Shown: positions 51,710-61,221, counted from the stretch's first letter. The stretch: DNA of 64,000 nucleotides from Candidatus Aenigmatarchaeota archaeon (GCA_016187385.1 JACPJU010000001.1:101956-165955); one strand, 5' to 3'. Numbers and translations: made by a program. Notes: generated by a model from the sequence alone, not told the origin.

Positions 51710-53038
51710 ATGTTTGATAACCTGTCGAAAGGATTAGGGAATCTGATAAGGAAGCTTGTCACTGGCATTGCTGTAGACGAAAAAGCCGTCGGAGAAATTC
51801 TGGTTGATCTCAAGAGAATACTTTTGGAGTCTGATGTTGACACGCAACTTGTAAACGACTTGATGAACGAGATCGAAAGGAAATGCTTGAAAGAAAAGAT
51901 TCCTGCCGGTTTGACGTTACGTGAGCATGTCTTGAAAGTGATATATGAAGAGATGGTCAAATTGCTTGGCGGATTGCCGTCTGATTTGTTGGGAAAGAAA
52001 AGATTGATGATTGTTGGTTTGTTTGGATCTGGTAAGACTACAACAACTGGAAAGCTCGCACGTTATTTCATGAAACAGGGGTTGAAACCTGCCCTTGTTG
52101 GTTTGGATTATCACAGACCAGCTGCGCCGCAACAATTGCAGCAAGCAGGCAAACAACTCGGTGTTTCTGTCCTTGTTGATGAGAAAAATAAAGATCCGTA
52201 TTCTACCGCTGAACTTGCCTTGGAAAAATACAAGAATTATGACCTAATCATTTTCGATACTGCGGGTAGAGATGCGCTGGATGCTAATCTTGCGGTAGAA
52301 TTGAAGAAACTCACTAGCATAATTAAACCTGATGAAGTTTTGTTGGTTATTCCAGCGGATCTGGGTAAGATTGCACGAAAACAGGCCGAGGAGTTCCACA
52401 AGCTTGCAGGAGTTACTGGTGTAATAATATCAAAGATGGATGGGACAGCAAAAGCCGGCGGTGCATTGGCAGCTACATCAGTCACGGGAGCAAAGGTGAA
52501 GATGATAGGCACTGGAGAGAAAATGGAAAATCTGGAATTGTATAATCCAGAAAGATTTGTTTCCAGACTTCTCGGGCTTGGTGACTTGCAAACACTGTTA
52601 GAGAAGGCGAAAGAATCGGATGTTAAAAAGGAATCTGTAGAAAGAATCGCTGAAGGCAAGTTCACATTGCAGGATTTTATGAACCAGATACAATCAATGC
52701 AGAAGATGGGACCTCTGACTGAGATAATGGGTTTGATTCCTGGGATGGGCATGAGCAAAATTCCGAAAGATATGCTGGAAAAGCAGGAAGAGAAGATGAA
52801 AATTTACAAGACACTCATCCAGTCTATGACAAAAGAAGAGAGGGAAAATGTCGACATTATAAACAGTTCCAGAATTGCGAGGATAGCAAAAGGCTCGGGA
52901 AAAAATGAAACTCAAGTCAGGGAATTGTTGAATCAGTACAATCAGACGAAAAAGATGATAAAAAGTTTTGGCGGCATGAAAGGATTGCAAAGAGGGGAGT
53001 TCAAGAAACTGGCTGACCAGTTTGGATTTAAGGCATAG
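51710..53038 (+). CDS. srp54: signal recognition particle protein SRP54
   Basis: GLFGSGKTTTTGKLA, DTAGR, SKMDGTAKAGGAL, and a Met-rich M domain (MQKMGPLTEIMGLIPGMGM). Starts immediately after the ftsY stop. Confidence 0.92.
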   Translation: MFDNLSKGLGNLIRKLVTGIAVDEKAVGEILVDLKRILLESDVDTQLVNDLMNEIERKCLKEKIPAGLTLREHVLKVIYEEMVKLLGGLPSDLLGKKRLMIVGLFGSGKTTTTGKLARYFMKQGLKPALVGLDYHRPAAPQQLQQAGKQLGVSVLVDEKNKDPYSTAELALEKYKNYDLIIFDTAGRDALDANLAVELKKLTSIIKPDEVLLVIPADLGKIARKQAEEFHKLAGVTGVIISKMDGTAKAGGALAATSVTGAKVKMIGTGEKMENLELYNPERFVSRLLGLGDLQTLLEKAKESDVKKESVERIAEGKFTLQDFMNQIQSMQKMGPLTEIMGLIPGMGMSKIPKDMLEKQEEKMKIYKTLIQSMTKEERENVDIINSSRIARIAKGSGKNETQVRELLNQYNQTKKMIKSFGGMKGLQRGEFKKLADQFGFKA

Positions 53039-53054
53039 CCCGTGAGTTTATTTT

Positions 53055-55829
53055 ATGGAGTTTCATTCGGAAGTCATGAAAGAGCCTAAAAATAAAGAAA
53101 AATTGCTCGAGATTTTAAAAACAGAAGTATGCGACAATTGTTTGGGAAGACAATTTGGGATGATTGGACATGGCATGACTAATGACGAAAGAGGAAAAAT
53201 TCTTAGAGAATCTGGCGAGGAATTAACAAAATCGAAAATAAAAGAACCTTCTATCTGCAAGCTGTGCAATAATTTTTTCAAGGATGGCATAAACAATATA
53301 GTCAAAATTGTTTTGTCTAAAGTCAATGATCTGGAATTCAAGACTTTCTTGGTGGGTTGCGTAATTCCCGACGAACTTGAACGAATGCAAGAAAGTTTAT
53401 GGGAAATAACTGGGATAGAAGACGTCGAACCCATCAAATCGGAAATAAATCGCGAAGTCGGAAAGAAGATTGAAAAATCAACCGGGAAGAAATTCAATCT
53501 GAAAAATCCCGATATAATCATTCTCTTGGATTTGGCAACTAACAGCGTGAGGATCCAGATAAAAAGTCTTTATGTCTATGGCGAATACCAAAAACTCGTC
53601 AGGGGGGTACCTCAGACGAAATGGATTTGCAGCAAATGCCAGGGAAAGGGATGCATCTATTGCAAAGGCGAAGGCAAGATGTATAAAACTTCAATTCAAG
53701 AAATCATAGAAAAATCTCTATTAAAGATTACAGGAAGCAAATCGTCAGCTTTCCACGGCTGTATCTCGCCTTCTACAAATGTTCTTCTGACAGAATCAAG
53801 TCTTCCTATAAAAGAGTTGGAAAAGGATTGGAATAATCATAAAGTTGTAACATATGACATAGATAAAAAAACTATACTAAAATCAGAGGTATCTGACTTC
53901 ATAAAATTAAATCCTAGAGAAGTTAATTTAAAAACTTATGAGCTGACAACATCTGAGACTAGAAGAAAGTTAATTGCTACCGAAGATCATCCTATTTTTA
54001 CGCTTAGAGGGATGGTACCACTTGGGAAAATCAAACTTGGTGATAAGGTAGCAGTATATCCTGTTGAACCAGAACCTTTAACAAACCCAGAAGAAAAGAT
54101 TATCGTCTCAGAAAAAGATATTATAGCCACCATCAATAGACATGTACCGACATCAAATAAACTTAAAATAATAAAGGAGTTAAAAGAAAGGGAGATTTTA
54201 CCTCTTACTAATAGAAATAGGCATTTACCTATTATTACAAGGTTGTTAGCTTTTGTATTTGGAGATGGTAATCTTCGATTTGTAAGAAATAGAGACACGG
54301 CATTAGAATTTTATGGGAAATATGAAGATCTTAAAGAAATTAAATCTGATCTAAGTGAACTAGGATTTAAGTCATCTTTCTTTAAACGAAAGTCTCGTTT
54401 GTCTCTTGTAAAGAATTATTATGGAGAAATAAAACACATTAAAGGTAAGGATCGCTTTGTTCTGCTATGTTATTCAAAAAGTTTGTGTATATTATTAGTA
54501 ACTTTAGGTGTTCCTGTTGGAAATAAGATTATAAAAGAAGTTGAAATACCAAAATGGATTAAAAAGATTGATAGACGAGTGAAAAGAGAATTTTTAGCAT
54601 CTTTATTAGGTACAGAGATAGATACACCACGACTAGACAAAAGGAAGTATAATAGAAAAAGTTTCAATACACCTAGATTTTCGATTAATAAAGCGGAAAA
54701 TATATTGAATAACGGAGTTGAGTTTATTGAAGACTTGGCTAATTTACTCAGGGGATTTGGCATAGAAACGTTGAGACCTAGGCTTGTGCCATATACAACT
54801 AGAAAAGATGGTAATAAGACTATCAAAATATGCTTGGACTTTTCTAATAGGTTTGAAAATTTATTGAGCTTATTCGGCAAAATAGGTTTTAGATATGCAA
54901 AGAAAAAGGAAATTCAAGCAAGATATGTATATGAATATTTGCTGATGAAGAAATATGTTGTTGATACTAGAAAGGGAGCTTATAAAAATGCACTGAGACT
55001 AAAAAACGAAGGCTTAACACCAATGCAAATATTTAGAAAAATTGATAACCGATTTGTTAAGTATAAAGATTTAGCTATGTGGTTATCGCCTAAGAATAGG
55101 AATATCAAATTTAACAATATAAAGATTCCGAATGATTTTCCAGATTTTGATGAATGGATTATTGATGCAACGAAAGGGTTGAAAGATGGTTTAGTGTGGG
55201 AAACTGTTGATTCAATAAGAGAGGCTAAAGTACCATTTGTTTATGATTTAACCACTAAAAATTCCGCACATACATTTTTCGCTAATGGTTTTCTCGTAGC
55301 TAACTCGGGGAGAGAAGACATAGACGCTAGAAATCTCGGATGGAGGCCTTTTGTCATAGAAGCCATCAAGCCGCTGAAGAGGAAAATCGATTTGAAAAAG
55401 ATGCAGAAAGAAATAAACAGATCGAAAGTGAAAGTCAGGAAACTGAAGTTTGTGGACAAGGATTCGATCAGGAAATTAAAAACAGACAGGACAGACAAGA
55501 CATATGCTGTTGAAGTTGAGTTTGAAAAAATCATTGATAAGAAACTTTTGAAGAATTTGAAGAATCTGGTAAAAGAACCGATATTGCAGAGGACTCCGCA
55601 GAGGGTTGTACACAGACGAGCAAACAAGACAAGGAAAAGATATGTTAAGCAATTGTCATACAAAGTTATCGGAAAGAAGAAACTTTTAATCAAGGTGAGA
55701 GCAGAAGCCGGGTTGTACATCAAAGAATTGGTTACAGGAGACGATGGAAGGACAATGCCGAATGCCAGCGAGCTGCTGAACAATAAAGTTAAAAGGTTAA
55801 AGTTAGATGTTATAAAAATACATACGTGA
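53055..55829 (+). CDS. pus10: tRNA pseudouridine synthase Pus10 interrupted by an intein
   Basis: N-terminal Zn/THUMP region (CDNCLGRQFG, CKLCNNFF, CSKCQGKGCIYCKGEG). The catalytic block FHG|...|SGREDIDARNLGWRPFVIE is split by 515 aa. Conserved position upstream of L21e-RpoF-DUF655. Confidence 0.8.
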   Translation: MEFHSEVMKEPKNKEKLLEILKTEVCDNCLGRQFGMIGHGMTNDERGKILRESGEELTKSKIKEPSICKLCNNFFKDGINNIVKIVLSKVNDLEFKTFLVGCVIPDELERMQESLWEITGIEDVEPIKSEINREVGKKIEKSTGKKFNLKNPDIIILLDLATNSVRIQIKSLYVYGEYQKLVRGVPQTKWICSKCQGKGCIYCKGEGKMYKTSIQEIIEKSLLKITGSKSSAFHGCISPSTNVLLTESSLPIKELEKDWNNHKVVTYDIDKKTILKSEVSDFIKLNPREVNLKTYELTTSETRRKLIATEDHPIFTLRGMVPLGKIKLGDKVAVYPVEPEPLTNPEEKIIVSEKDIIATINRHVPTSNKLKIIKELKEREILPLTNRNRHLPIITRLLAFVFGDGNLRFVRNRDTALEFYGKYEDLKEIKSDLSELGFKSSFFKRKSRLSLVKNYYGEIKHIKGKDRFVLLCYSKSLCILLVTLGVPVGNKIIKEVEIPKWIKKIDRRVKREFLASLLGTEIDTPRLDKRKYNRKSFNTPRFSINKAENILNNGVEFIEDLANLLRGFGIETLRPRLVPYTTRKDGNKTIKICLDFSNRFENLLSLFGKIGFRYAKKKEIQARYVYEYLLMKKYVVDTRKGAYKNALRLKNEGLTPMQIFRKIDNRFVKYKDLAMWLSPKNRNIKFNNIKIPNDFPDFDEWIIDATKGLKDGLVWETVDSIREAKVPFVYDLTTKNSAHTFFANGFLVANSGREDIDARNLGWRPFVIEAIKPLKRKIDLKKMQKEINRSKVKVRKLKFVDKDSIRKLKTDRTDKTYAVEVEFEKIIDKKLLKNLKNLVKEPILQRTPQRVVHRRANKTRKRYVKQLSYKVIGKKKLLIKVRAEAGLYIKELVTGDDGRTMPNASELLNNKVKRLKLDVIKIHT
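53760..55304 (+). mobile_element. intein (515 aa) with a LAGLIDADG endonuclease domain, in Pus10
   Basis: Starts Cys1 (CISPSTNVLL), block B LIATEDHPIFT (TxxH), LAGLIDADG motifs LLAFVFGDGNL and FLASLLGTEIDT. Ends ...NGFLVAN with a +1 Ser. The penultimate residue is Ala rather than His. Confidence 0.8.
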
Positions 55830-55833
55830 TTGA

Positions 55834-56118
55834 ATGGTCAAGAAATCAAAAGGGTTCAGGGTAAGGACAAGAAAGAAACTGCGACAAAGAGCCGGGGTAA
55901 GACCTGCCATAACCAAGTTCCTGCAGGAGCTCGATATAGGACAGAATGTCGTCATAGAACAGGAGCCATCCAGCCAGAAGGGAATGCCATACGGCAAGTT
56001 CAAGGGCAAGGTAGGAACGATAATAGAAAAGAGGGGCAACAGCTATATCGTCAAGACAAGGATAGGCAACAGCACAAAACTCATTGTTTCCAGGCCAGAA
56101 CATCTGAAGATTATCTAA
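55834..56118 (+). CDS. rpl21e: 50S ribosomal protein L21e (eL21)
   Basis: MVKKSKGFRVRTRKKL...GMPYGKFKGKVGTIIEKRGNSYIV is the typical L21e sequence. Confidence 0.88.
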   Translation: MVKKSKGFRVRTRKKLRQRAGVRPAITKFLQELDIGQNVVIEQEPSSQKGMPYGKFKGKVGTIIEKRGNSYIVKTRIGNSTKLIVSRPEHLKII

Positions 56119-56171
56119 ATTTTCGGCTACCCTTTAAATACACCAATTTATAACAATTAGATAGTGATGAT

Positions 56172-56498
56172 ATGAACATAGTGTCTGAAGAGCTTGTGCC
56201 CAATCTAAAAGCCAAGGAGATCTTGGAAGAAAGGGAAAAGGAAGCCGAATTAAAGTACGAACAGAAGAACAGCTTGGACATACTGAAAAAGTTCGTGAAG
56301 CTCGACTCCAAGCAAACCAGCGAGATGATTGAAGCGCTGAGAAAGATCGAGAAACTGCGGGACAGGCACATAATGAGCATTGTCAACTTCCTTCCAGAGG
56401 ACAAGGAAGACCTGAGAGCCGTGCTGCACAAGGAATATTCCACATTGACTGATGAGGAAATAGAACAAGTTCTAAAGGTTGTAAAGAACTATATATAA
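56172..56498 (+). CDS. rpoF: DNA-directed RNA polymerase subunit F (Rpb4 homolog)
   Basis: Helical 108-aa protein in the conserved L21e-RpoF-DUF655 position. The LRDRHIMSIVNFLPEDKEDLRAVL pattern is Rpb4-like. Confidence 0.7.
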   Translation: MNIVSEELVPNLKAKEILEEREKEAELKYEQKNSLDILKKFVKLDSKQTSEMIEALRKIEKLRDRHIMSIVNFLPEDKEDLRAVLHKEYSTLTDEEIEQVLKVVKNYI

Positions 56499-56510
56499 AG
56501 AGCTGATTCT

Positions 56511-57059
56511 ATGCCGGCGAAAGACGAACATTTGATAGTATTGGATTTTCTCCCGATGGGGAAGAGTGTCGACAGGAGAGCCGAGCCTATAATACAAGGC
56601 ATAGGAGAGAAATACTTCAGTTTGTTGGAAGTCGTGTCAAAAGAAGGCGTGACTGTAAAGGCCATGGAAAAGGTCTACATAGGCGAGGGCAAGAGGGACC
56701 ATGTAAAGTACATCAGAGGCAAGATAAGGCTTTCCGAATTGACAAGCTACGCCAAGGATGTATTGGAAGAGGTAGTGAACAACATAGTTACTAGTGACGA
56801 GAAAAGGTTTGTGGATTTTTTCAACAATGCACAGCCGTTGAACACGAGAGTACATAGCCTGGAATTGCTCCCTGGCATCGGCAAGAAGAATCTCTGGCAG
56901 ATACTCCAGGAAAGGAAGAAGAAACCGTTTGAAAGTTTCGTCGAACTGCACCAAAGGATTCCCATGCTCACCGACCCGAAGAAGATGGTAATCAAAAGGG
57001 TAATGGATGAGCTGGAAGGAAAGGATAGGCACAATCTTTTCGTGTCTGCAATGGTTTAG
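56511..57059 (+). CDS. DUF655 protein (OB-fold plus HhH, RNA/DNA-binding)
   Basis: LIVLDFLPMGK N-terminus and HSLELLPGIGKKNLWQILQERKKKPFESF HhH region. Conserved operon partner of rpoF. Confidence 0.75.
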   Translation: MPAKDEHLIVLDFLPMGKSVDRRAEPIIQGIGEKYFSLLEVVSKEGVTVKAMEKVYIGEGKRDHVKYIRGKIRLSELTSYAKDVLEEVVNNIVTSDEKRFVDFFNNAQPLNTRVHSLELLPGIGKKNLWQILQERKKKPFESFVELHQRIPMLTDPKKMVIKRVMDELEGKDRHNLFVSAMV

Positions 57060-57313
57060 ATGCTTCTCGTGACACTGGTCACTTCAACATCGCTGACATC
57101 TTCTATCTTCCTGAGCTCGTTCTCGACGGATTCTAGCTGACCTTCTGAATCGTCTATCAATAAAATCACTTTAAGGGCGACAATGCCAAAAGCGATAGGC
57201 TCCCTTTCAATTCTCTGGGGATCTAACGCTTCTTTGATTTTGTTCTCCAATCTGTCCAGGTCGACTTCCACGCCTACCGGCATGACTTTGAAAGTAGCAA
57301 TGACATCGGACAT
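57056..57313 (-). CDS. ef1b: translation elongation factor aEF-1 beta
   Basis: MSDVIATFKVMPVGVEVDLDRLENKIKEAL...IAFGIVALKV is the typical aEF-1beta sequence. Confidence 0.85.
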   Translation of the reverse strand: MSDVIATFKVMPVGVEVDLDRLENKIKEALDPQRIEREPIAFGIVALKVILLIDDSEGQLESVENELRKIEDVSDVEVTSVTRSI

Positions 57314-57487
57314 TTACGGACCTTCGAAATCGCATTTATTGCATGAATATTTTATTCCCAGATTCTTGCAGGTTGAGCATCTTACTATATCTACCTCGCC
57401 GCATTTGGGACAGGAGAATTTCACGAAATTCTTTTTGGCAAGTACATTGATTCTGCAGCTAGTGCACTGTAGTGTTTCTATTTTTAT
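57314..57487 (-). CDS. Zn-ribbon protein (COG2888/DUF1610-like), no canonical start codon
   Basis: Reverse-strand frame reads IKIETLQCTSCRINVLAKKNFVKFSCPKCGEVDIVRCSTCKNLGIKYSCNKCDFEGP*. It has four CxxC pairs and the conserved position upstream of ef1b. Between the in-frame TGA at 57505-57503 and the first Cys there is no ATG/GTG/TTG, only CTG (57499) and ATA (57487, 57481). Confidence 0.65.
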   Translation of the reverse strand: MKIETLQCTSCRINVLAKKNFVKFSCPKCGEVDIVRCSTCKNLGIKYSCNKCDFEGP

Positions 57488-57548
57488 CGACCTTTTCAGA
57501 TTTCAATTATTAAACTTATAAAAGTGACATTTTTATAGATAGCGATGG

Positions 57549-57636
57549 GGGCTTGTAGTCTAACCTGGATCAGGACAGAAGCTTGCGGTTGAATAGTGAA
57601 AAGCTTCTAATCAGGGTTCAAATCCCTGCAAGCCCA
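57549..57636 (+). tRNA. tRNA-Arg(GCG) with a 13-nt intron at the canonical 37/38 position
   Basis: GGGCTTG TA GTCT AACCTGGATCA GGAC A GAAGC TTGCGG[TTGAATAGTGAAA]A GCTTC TAAT CAGGG TTCAAAT CCCTG CAAGCCC A. Confidence 0.75.
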
Positions 57637-57738
57637 TTAAGTTTTTAATTAGTCATAAAATAATTGTATTTTATGAACTGGGAAGGATTTTTTAAACCAG
57701 ACAACGAAAATATTGATTTTTATAATTGGTGACTAAAA

Positions 57739-58272
57739 ATGAAACTCATTGATCATCTATTACCTTCCTGGGAGAAAATCACATTAACCCTAATATTAGC
57801 TCTTATTTATGTTTTGCTTACGTATCAGTATGTTGTTCTTATATCTGCAAATTATGTGATTAACAGTTTTGAGGCTAATGGTTTATTATTCAAGACAATT
57901 GAGAATCTAGCTCAAGACAATGGTACACAAAGATCATCCATAAATATGGATGCTATTTACGCTAACGTCACTCAGATTTATGAGAAACCGCCCGAACAAA
58001 TCAGGCAAGGATTTGGTTCTCCAGTCGATTTTTCCATTTTTCCCATAGGAGTACTTGACACTTCAATTTCCATCCTTACCCTAGGGATGGGAGAAGATGG
58101 ATTGCTTGTTTTTATCAAACCCGAAAAGGCAATAGTTGTGATTTTGTACTGGTACTTACTTTCGACTTTATTTATAGTAGTTACCAGACCATTACTTCAC
58201 CGACTTATCACAAGTAGTGAGATCAAAAAGAGAATTATTAAGAAGAGTTCCACTAGAAGATTCAAACTTTGA
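57739..58272 (+). CDS. membrane protein
   Basis: 177-aa ORF with several hydrophobic helices. No family recognised. Confidence 0.4.
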   Translation: MKLIDHLLPSWEKITLTLILALIYVLLTYQYVVLISANYVINSFEANGLLFKTIENLAQDNGTQRSSINMDAIYANVTQIYEKPPEQIRQGFGSPVDFSIFPIGVLDTSISILTLGMGEDGLLVFIKPEKAIVVILYWYLLSTLFIVVTRPLLHRLITSSEIKKRIIKKSSTRRFKL

Positions 58273-58888
58273 CAAATTTATAAATACTTCCACCATTAAT
58301 CACTCCCTCTCTCAGAATCTTTATTTTATCAAGAATTTCGACGACAGTAGATGGTTTTGAATATTTGCATTTCCCGCCATCCAGAATCATATCAACTTTG
58401 CTTCCAATCTGGCTAATAGCGTCTTCTGCAGTGATAGGATCATTGTTACCAGATATATTGGCGCTTGTAGCTGTTATCGGAAAACCGCATTCTTTTATCA
58501 GTTTTAAGGAAATCTTATTATCTGGAATTCTTACACCTACCTTTTCTGATCCGAATGTTAACTCTTTTGGAAACATGTGCTTCATCGGCAATATAATTGT
58601 TAATGGTCCTGGCAGGAATTTCTTTGCCAGTCGTAAAGCAATAGAATTGAACTCTACGTATTTCTTTACTTGCAACAACGAATGGAATGCGACTGACAAA
58701 GGTTTTCTATAGTCCCTCCCTTTGACTTTATAGACTTCCAGTATAGCTCTCCTGCTCAATGCATTCGCGGCAATCCCGTAAAGAGTATCTGTTGGGTACA
58801 CTACAATACCGTCGTTTTTCAGCACATCAGATGCTAACTTTATCAATTCCTTCTCAGGCTTATGTGGATTAATTTTTAGAATCCTCAT
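58262..58888 (-). CDS. tsaC: L-threonylcarbamoyladenylate synthase, YrdC/TsaC-type (Sua5 family)
   Basis: From the internal ATG: MRILKINPHKPEKELIKLASDVLKNDGIVVYPTDTLYGIAANA...KGRDYRKPLSV...PGPLTIIL...VGVRIPD...ITATSANISG. The tracked ORF extends 56 codons further upstream, antisense to lysK. Confidence 0.8.
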   Translation of the reverse strand: MRILKINPHKPEKELIKLASDVLKNDGIVVYPTDTLYGIAANALSRRAILEVYKVKGRDYRKPLSVAFHSLLQVKKYVEFNSIALRLAKKFLPGPLTIILPMKHMFPKELTFGSEKVGVRIPDNKISLKLIKECGFPITATSANISGNNDPITAEDAISQIGSKVDMILDGGKCKYSKPSTVVEILDKIKILREGVINGGSIYKFVKV

Positions 58889-58897
58889 ATAGATTAT

Positions 58898-60520
58898 ATG
58901 GTAATCAAAAGAAAACAAAAAGATTACACGTTTTGGACGGACAAAATAGCAGATGACATAATACACAGGAAAATGTTCCACTATACGGAAGACAAAATTC
59001 CGAAATTCAAAAAATTCGTAGTTAAAACATCCGCCTCGATATCCGGCGTGCTTCATATTGGAAGGTTGAGCGACACGATTAGAGGCGATGCCGCATTCAA
59101 ATCATTGGACGATGCGGGCGTAAAGGCTGAGCTAATCTGGGTCGCTGAAGATATGGACCCTCTCAGAAAGGTTCCTGAAGGAGTGCCCAAAAATTATTCC
59201 GAATACATAGGAATGCCTGTGACTGATATACCTGACCCAACCGGCTGCCACAAGTCGTATGCAGAACATCATGTATCAGAATATTTTAAAGTTCTCGACA
59301 GGTTTGTTTCGACTAAAATGGAAAAATTCTCAATGAGGGAAGACTACAGGAAAGGCGAATTTAACAAATATATCAAAATTATGCTGGCTCATATTGAGGA
59401 ATTGAAAGATATACAAAATAAGTACAGAAGAAATGAACTGTCTGGAACATGGAGCCCGTGGACACCGATATGCGATAATTGTGGAAAAATAATAACACCG
59501 AAAGTAATTGGATTTGAAAAGGGCAAGGTGAGTTACAAGTGCGAAGACTACAAATTCGAAAAATATGTCGCCGTTGGTTGCGGTCATGAAGGTGACAATA
59601 ATCCGTTAAAAGGGAATGGTAAACTGTTATGGAAAAGCGAATGGGCCGCTCAATGGGCACGATGGGATGTTTGTAGTGAAGGTGCGGGAAAAGAGTACCA
59701 AGTGCCGGGCAGCGCTTTCTGGATAAACGGCGAAATAGCTGAGAAGATTTTAAAATTCCCTATGCCAGTTCCAATTTTCTATGAACATTTGACAATTAAC
59801 GGTGAAAAAATGTCTGCATCAATTGGAAATGTCGTATATCCGAACGAATGGTTGAATGTAGCTCCGCCAGAATTGCTACGATTAATATTTCTGAAAGATC
59901 CTTCTAGAGTTAGAGATTTCAGATGGGAATTTGTACCAAATATGATGGATGAGATGGACGAACTTGCAAAAGTTTATTTTGATGTGAAAAAGCTTCGAAA
60001 TGAAAGAGATAACAAGACGATGAAGAGATTGTTTGAAATAATACAACTGGGTAAACCACCGTCAGACTACCGACCTAATATTTCGTATAATCTATTTCTC
60101 GAAATAGCAAAAATATTACCAGAGGAAAATCAACTGGAGTTTACCATTAATAAACTGAAAGAGCTAGGACATTTGAAAAAAGTGACAAACAAAACTAAAA
60201 ATTCAATTAAGGAAAGATTGGAATTCGCTAAAAATTTCAACGAGAATTTTGTCAAGGTTGCTAAAGTCGAAGTTAGGCTCAATCAAGAAGAGAAATTTAT
60301 AATTCATGACATGATTACTATTATAAAAGATGAAGATAATGCAGACGAACTGCAGACAAAGATTTTCTCTTTGATAAAAAAACACAATTCTACACCAAAA
60401 GAATTTTTCAAGATGGTTTATAGAATTTTATTGAATTCTGACACAGGACCTAAGCTCGGACATTATATAATCGACAGAGGCAAAGACGAGGTCATCAAAA
60501 AGTTAAAGGATTCCATATGA
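58898..60520 (+). CDS. lysK: lysine--tRNA ligase, class I
   Basis: SASISGVLHIGRLSD (HIGH-type motif), GEKMSASIGN (KMSKS-type). Length and Zn-like CDNCGK...C..., as in class I LysRS. Confidence 0.88.
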   Translation: MVIKRKQKDYTFWTDKIADDIIHRKMFHYTEDKIPKFKKFVVKTSASISGVLHIGRLSDTIRGDAAFKSLDDAGVKAELIWVAEDMDPLRKVPEGVPKNYSEYIGMPVTDIPDPTGCHKSYAEHHVSEYFKVLDRFVSTKMEKFSMREDYRKGEFNKYIKIMLAHIEELKDIQNKYRRNELSGTWSPWTPICDNCGKIITPKVIGFEKGKVSYKCEDYKFEKYVAVGCGHEGDNNPLKGNGKLLWKSEWAAQWARWDVCSEGAGKEYQVPGSAFWINGEIAEKILKFPMPVPIFYEHLTINGEKMSASIGNVVYPNEWLNVAPPELLRLIFLKDPSRVRDFRWEFVPNMMDEMDELAKVYFDVKKLRNERDNKTMKRLFEIIQLGKPPSDYRPNISYNLFLEIAKILPEENQLEFTINKLKELGHLKKVTNKTKNSIKERLEFAKNFNENFVKVAKVEVRLNQEEKFIIHDMITIIKDEDNADELQTKIFSLIKKHNSTPKEFFKMVYRILLNSDTGPKLGHYIIDRGKDEVIKKLKDSI

Positions 60521-61221
60521 CCAGAAAACTTTACTGGGAAGATTCTTACACAAGAGAGTTTCAAGCGAAAGCAATCTCTATTGAATCTAATTTGGTGGAG
60601 TTGAACCAGACCGCATTTTATCCTACAGGCGGCGGAGAGCCGAATGACACTGGTAAGTTAATTCAGAACGGAAACGAATTTTTTGTTTCTAACGTCTTCA
60701 AAAAGGAAGATAAGATTTTACATAAGGTGGATAAAGAAGGCTTGAAAATAGGTGAATTGAAAGGTATCATCAACTGGGAGAGGCGCTATCTTCTAATGAG
60801 GATGCACACAGCAGCACATTTGCTGGCTACGTTGATCCACAATGAAACAGATGCATTGATAACAGGCGGTAATCTTGATACAGAAAAATCACGGCTGGAC
60901 TTCAATCTCGAAACTTTTGACAAGGAAATGATTTCAAGACTTATACAAGATGCCAATAAATTGATAAAACAAGGTGCGGAAGTCAAGTCGTACATAATGA
61001 AAAGGGAGGATGCCATGAAAATTCCCGGAGTAATAAAACTAGCTGAAGCTTTACCTCCCGCCATTAGCGAACTAAGGATAGTCGAGATTGTCGGCATAGA
61101 TAGGCAGGCTGACGGCGGAAATCATGTCAAGAATCTGAATGAAATAGGTTCCATCGAGGTTGTGAAAATGGAAAACAAAGGAAAGGATAACAGAAGGCTA
61201 TACTTTACAGTCGGACCTTAA
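60517..61221 (+). CDS. alaX: alanyl-tRNA editing protein AlaX-M-like
   Basis: LYWEDSYTREFQAKA...TAFYPTGGGEPNDTG and MRMHTAAHLL (HxxxH). The expected CGGTH motif reads DGGNH. Confidence 0.75.
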   Translation: MTRKLYWEDSYTREFQAKAISIESNLVELNQTAFYPTGGGEPNDTGKLIQNGNEFFVSNVFKKEDKILHKVDKEGLKIGELKGIINWERRYLLMRMHTAAHLLATLIHNETDALITGGNLDTEKSRLDFNLETFDKEMISRLIQDANKLIKQGAEVKSYIMKREDAMKIPGVIKLAEALPPAISELRIVEIVGIDRQADGGNHVKNLNEIGSIEVVKMENKGKDNRRLYFTVGP

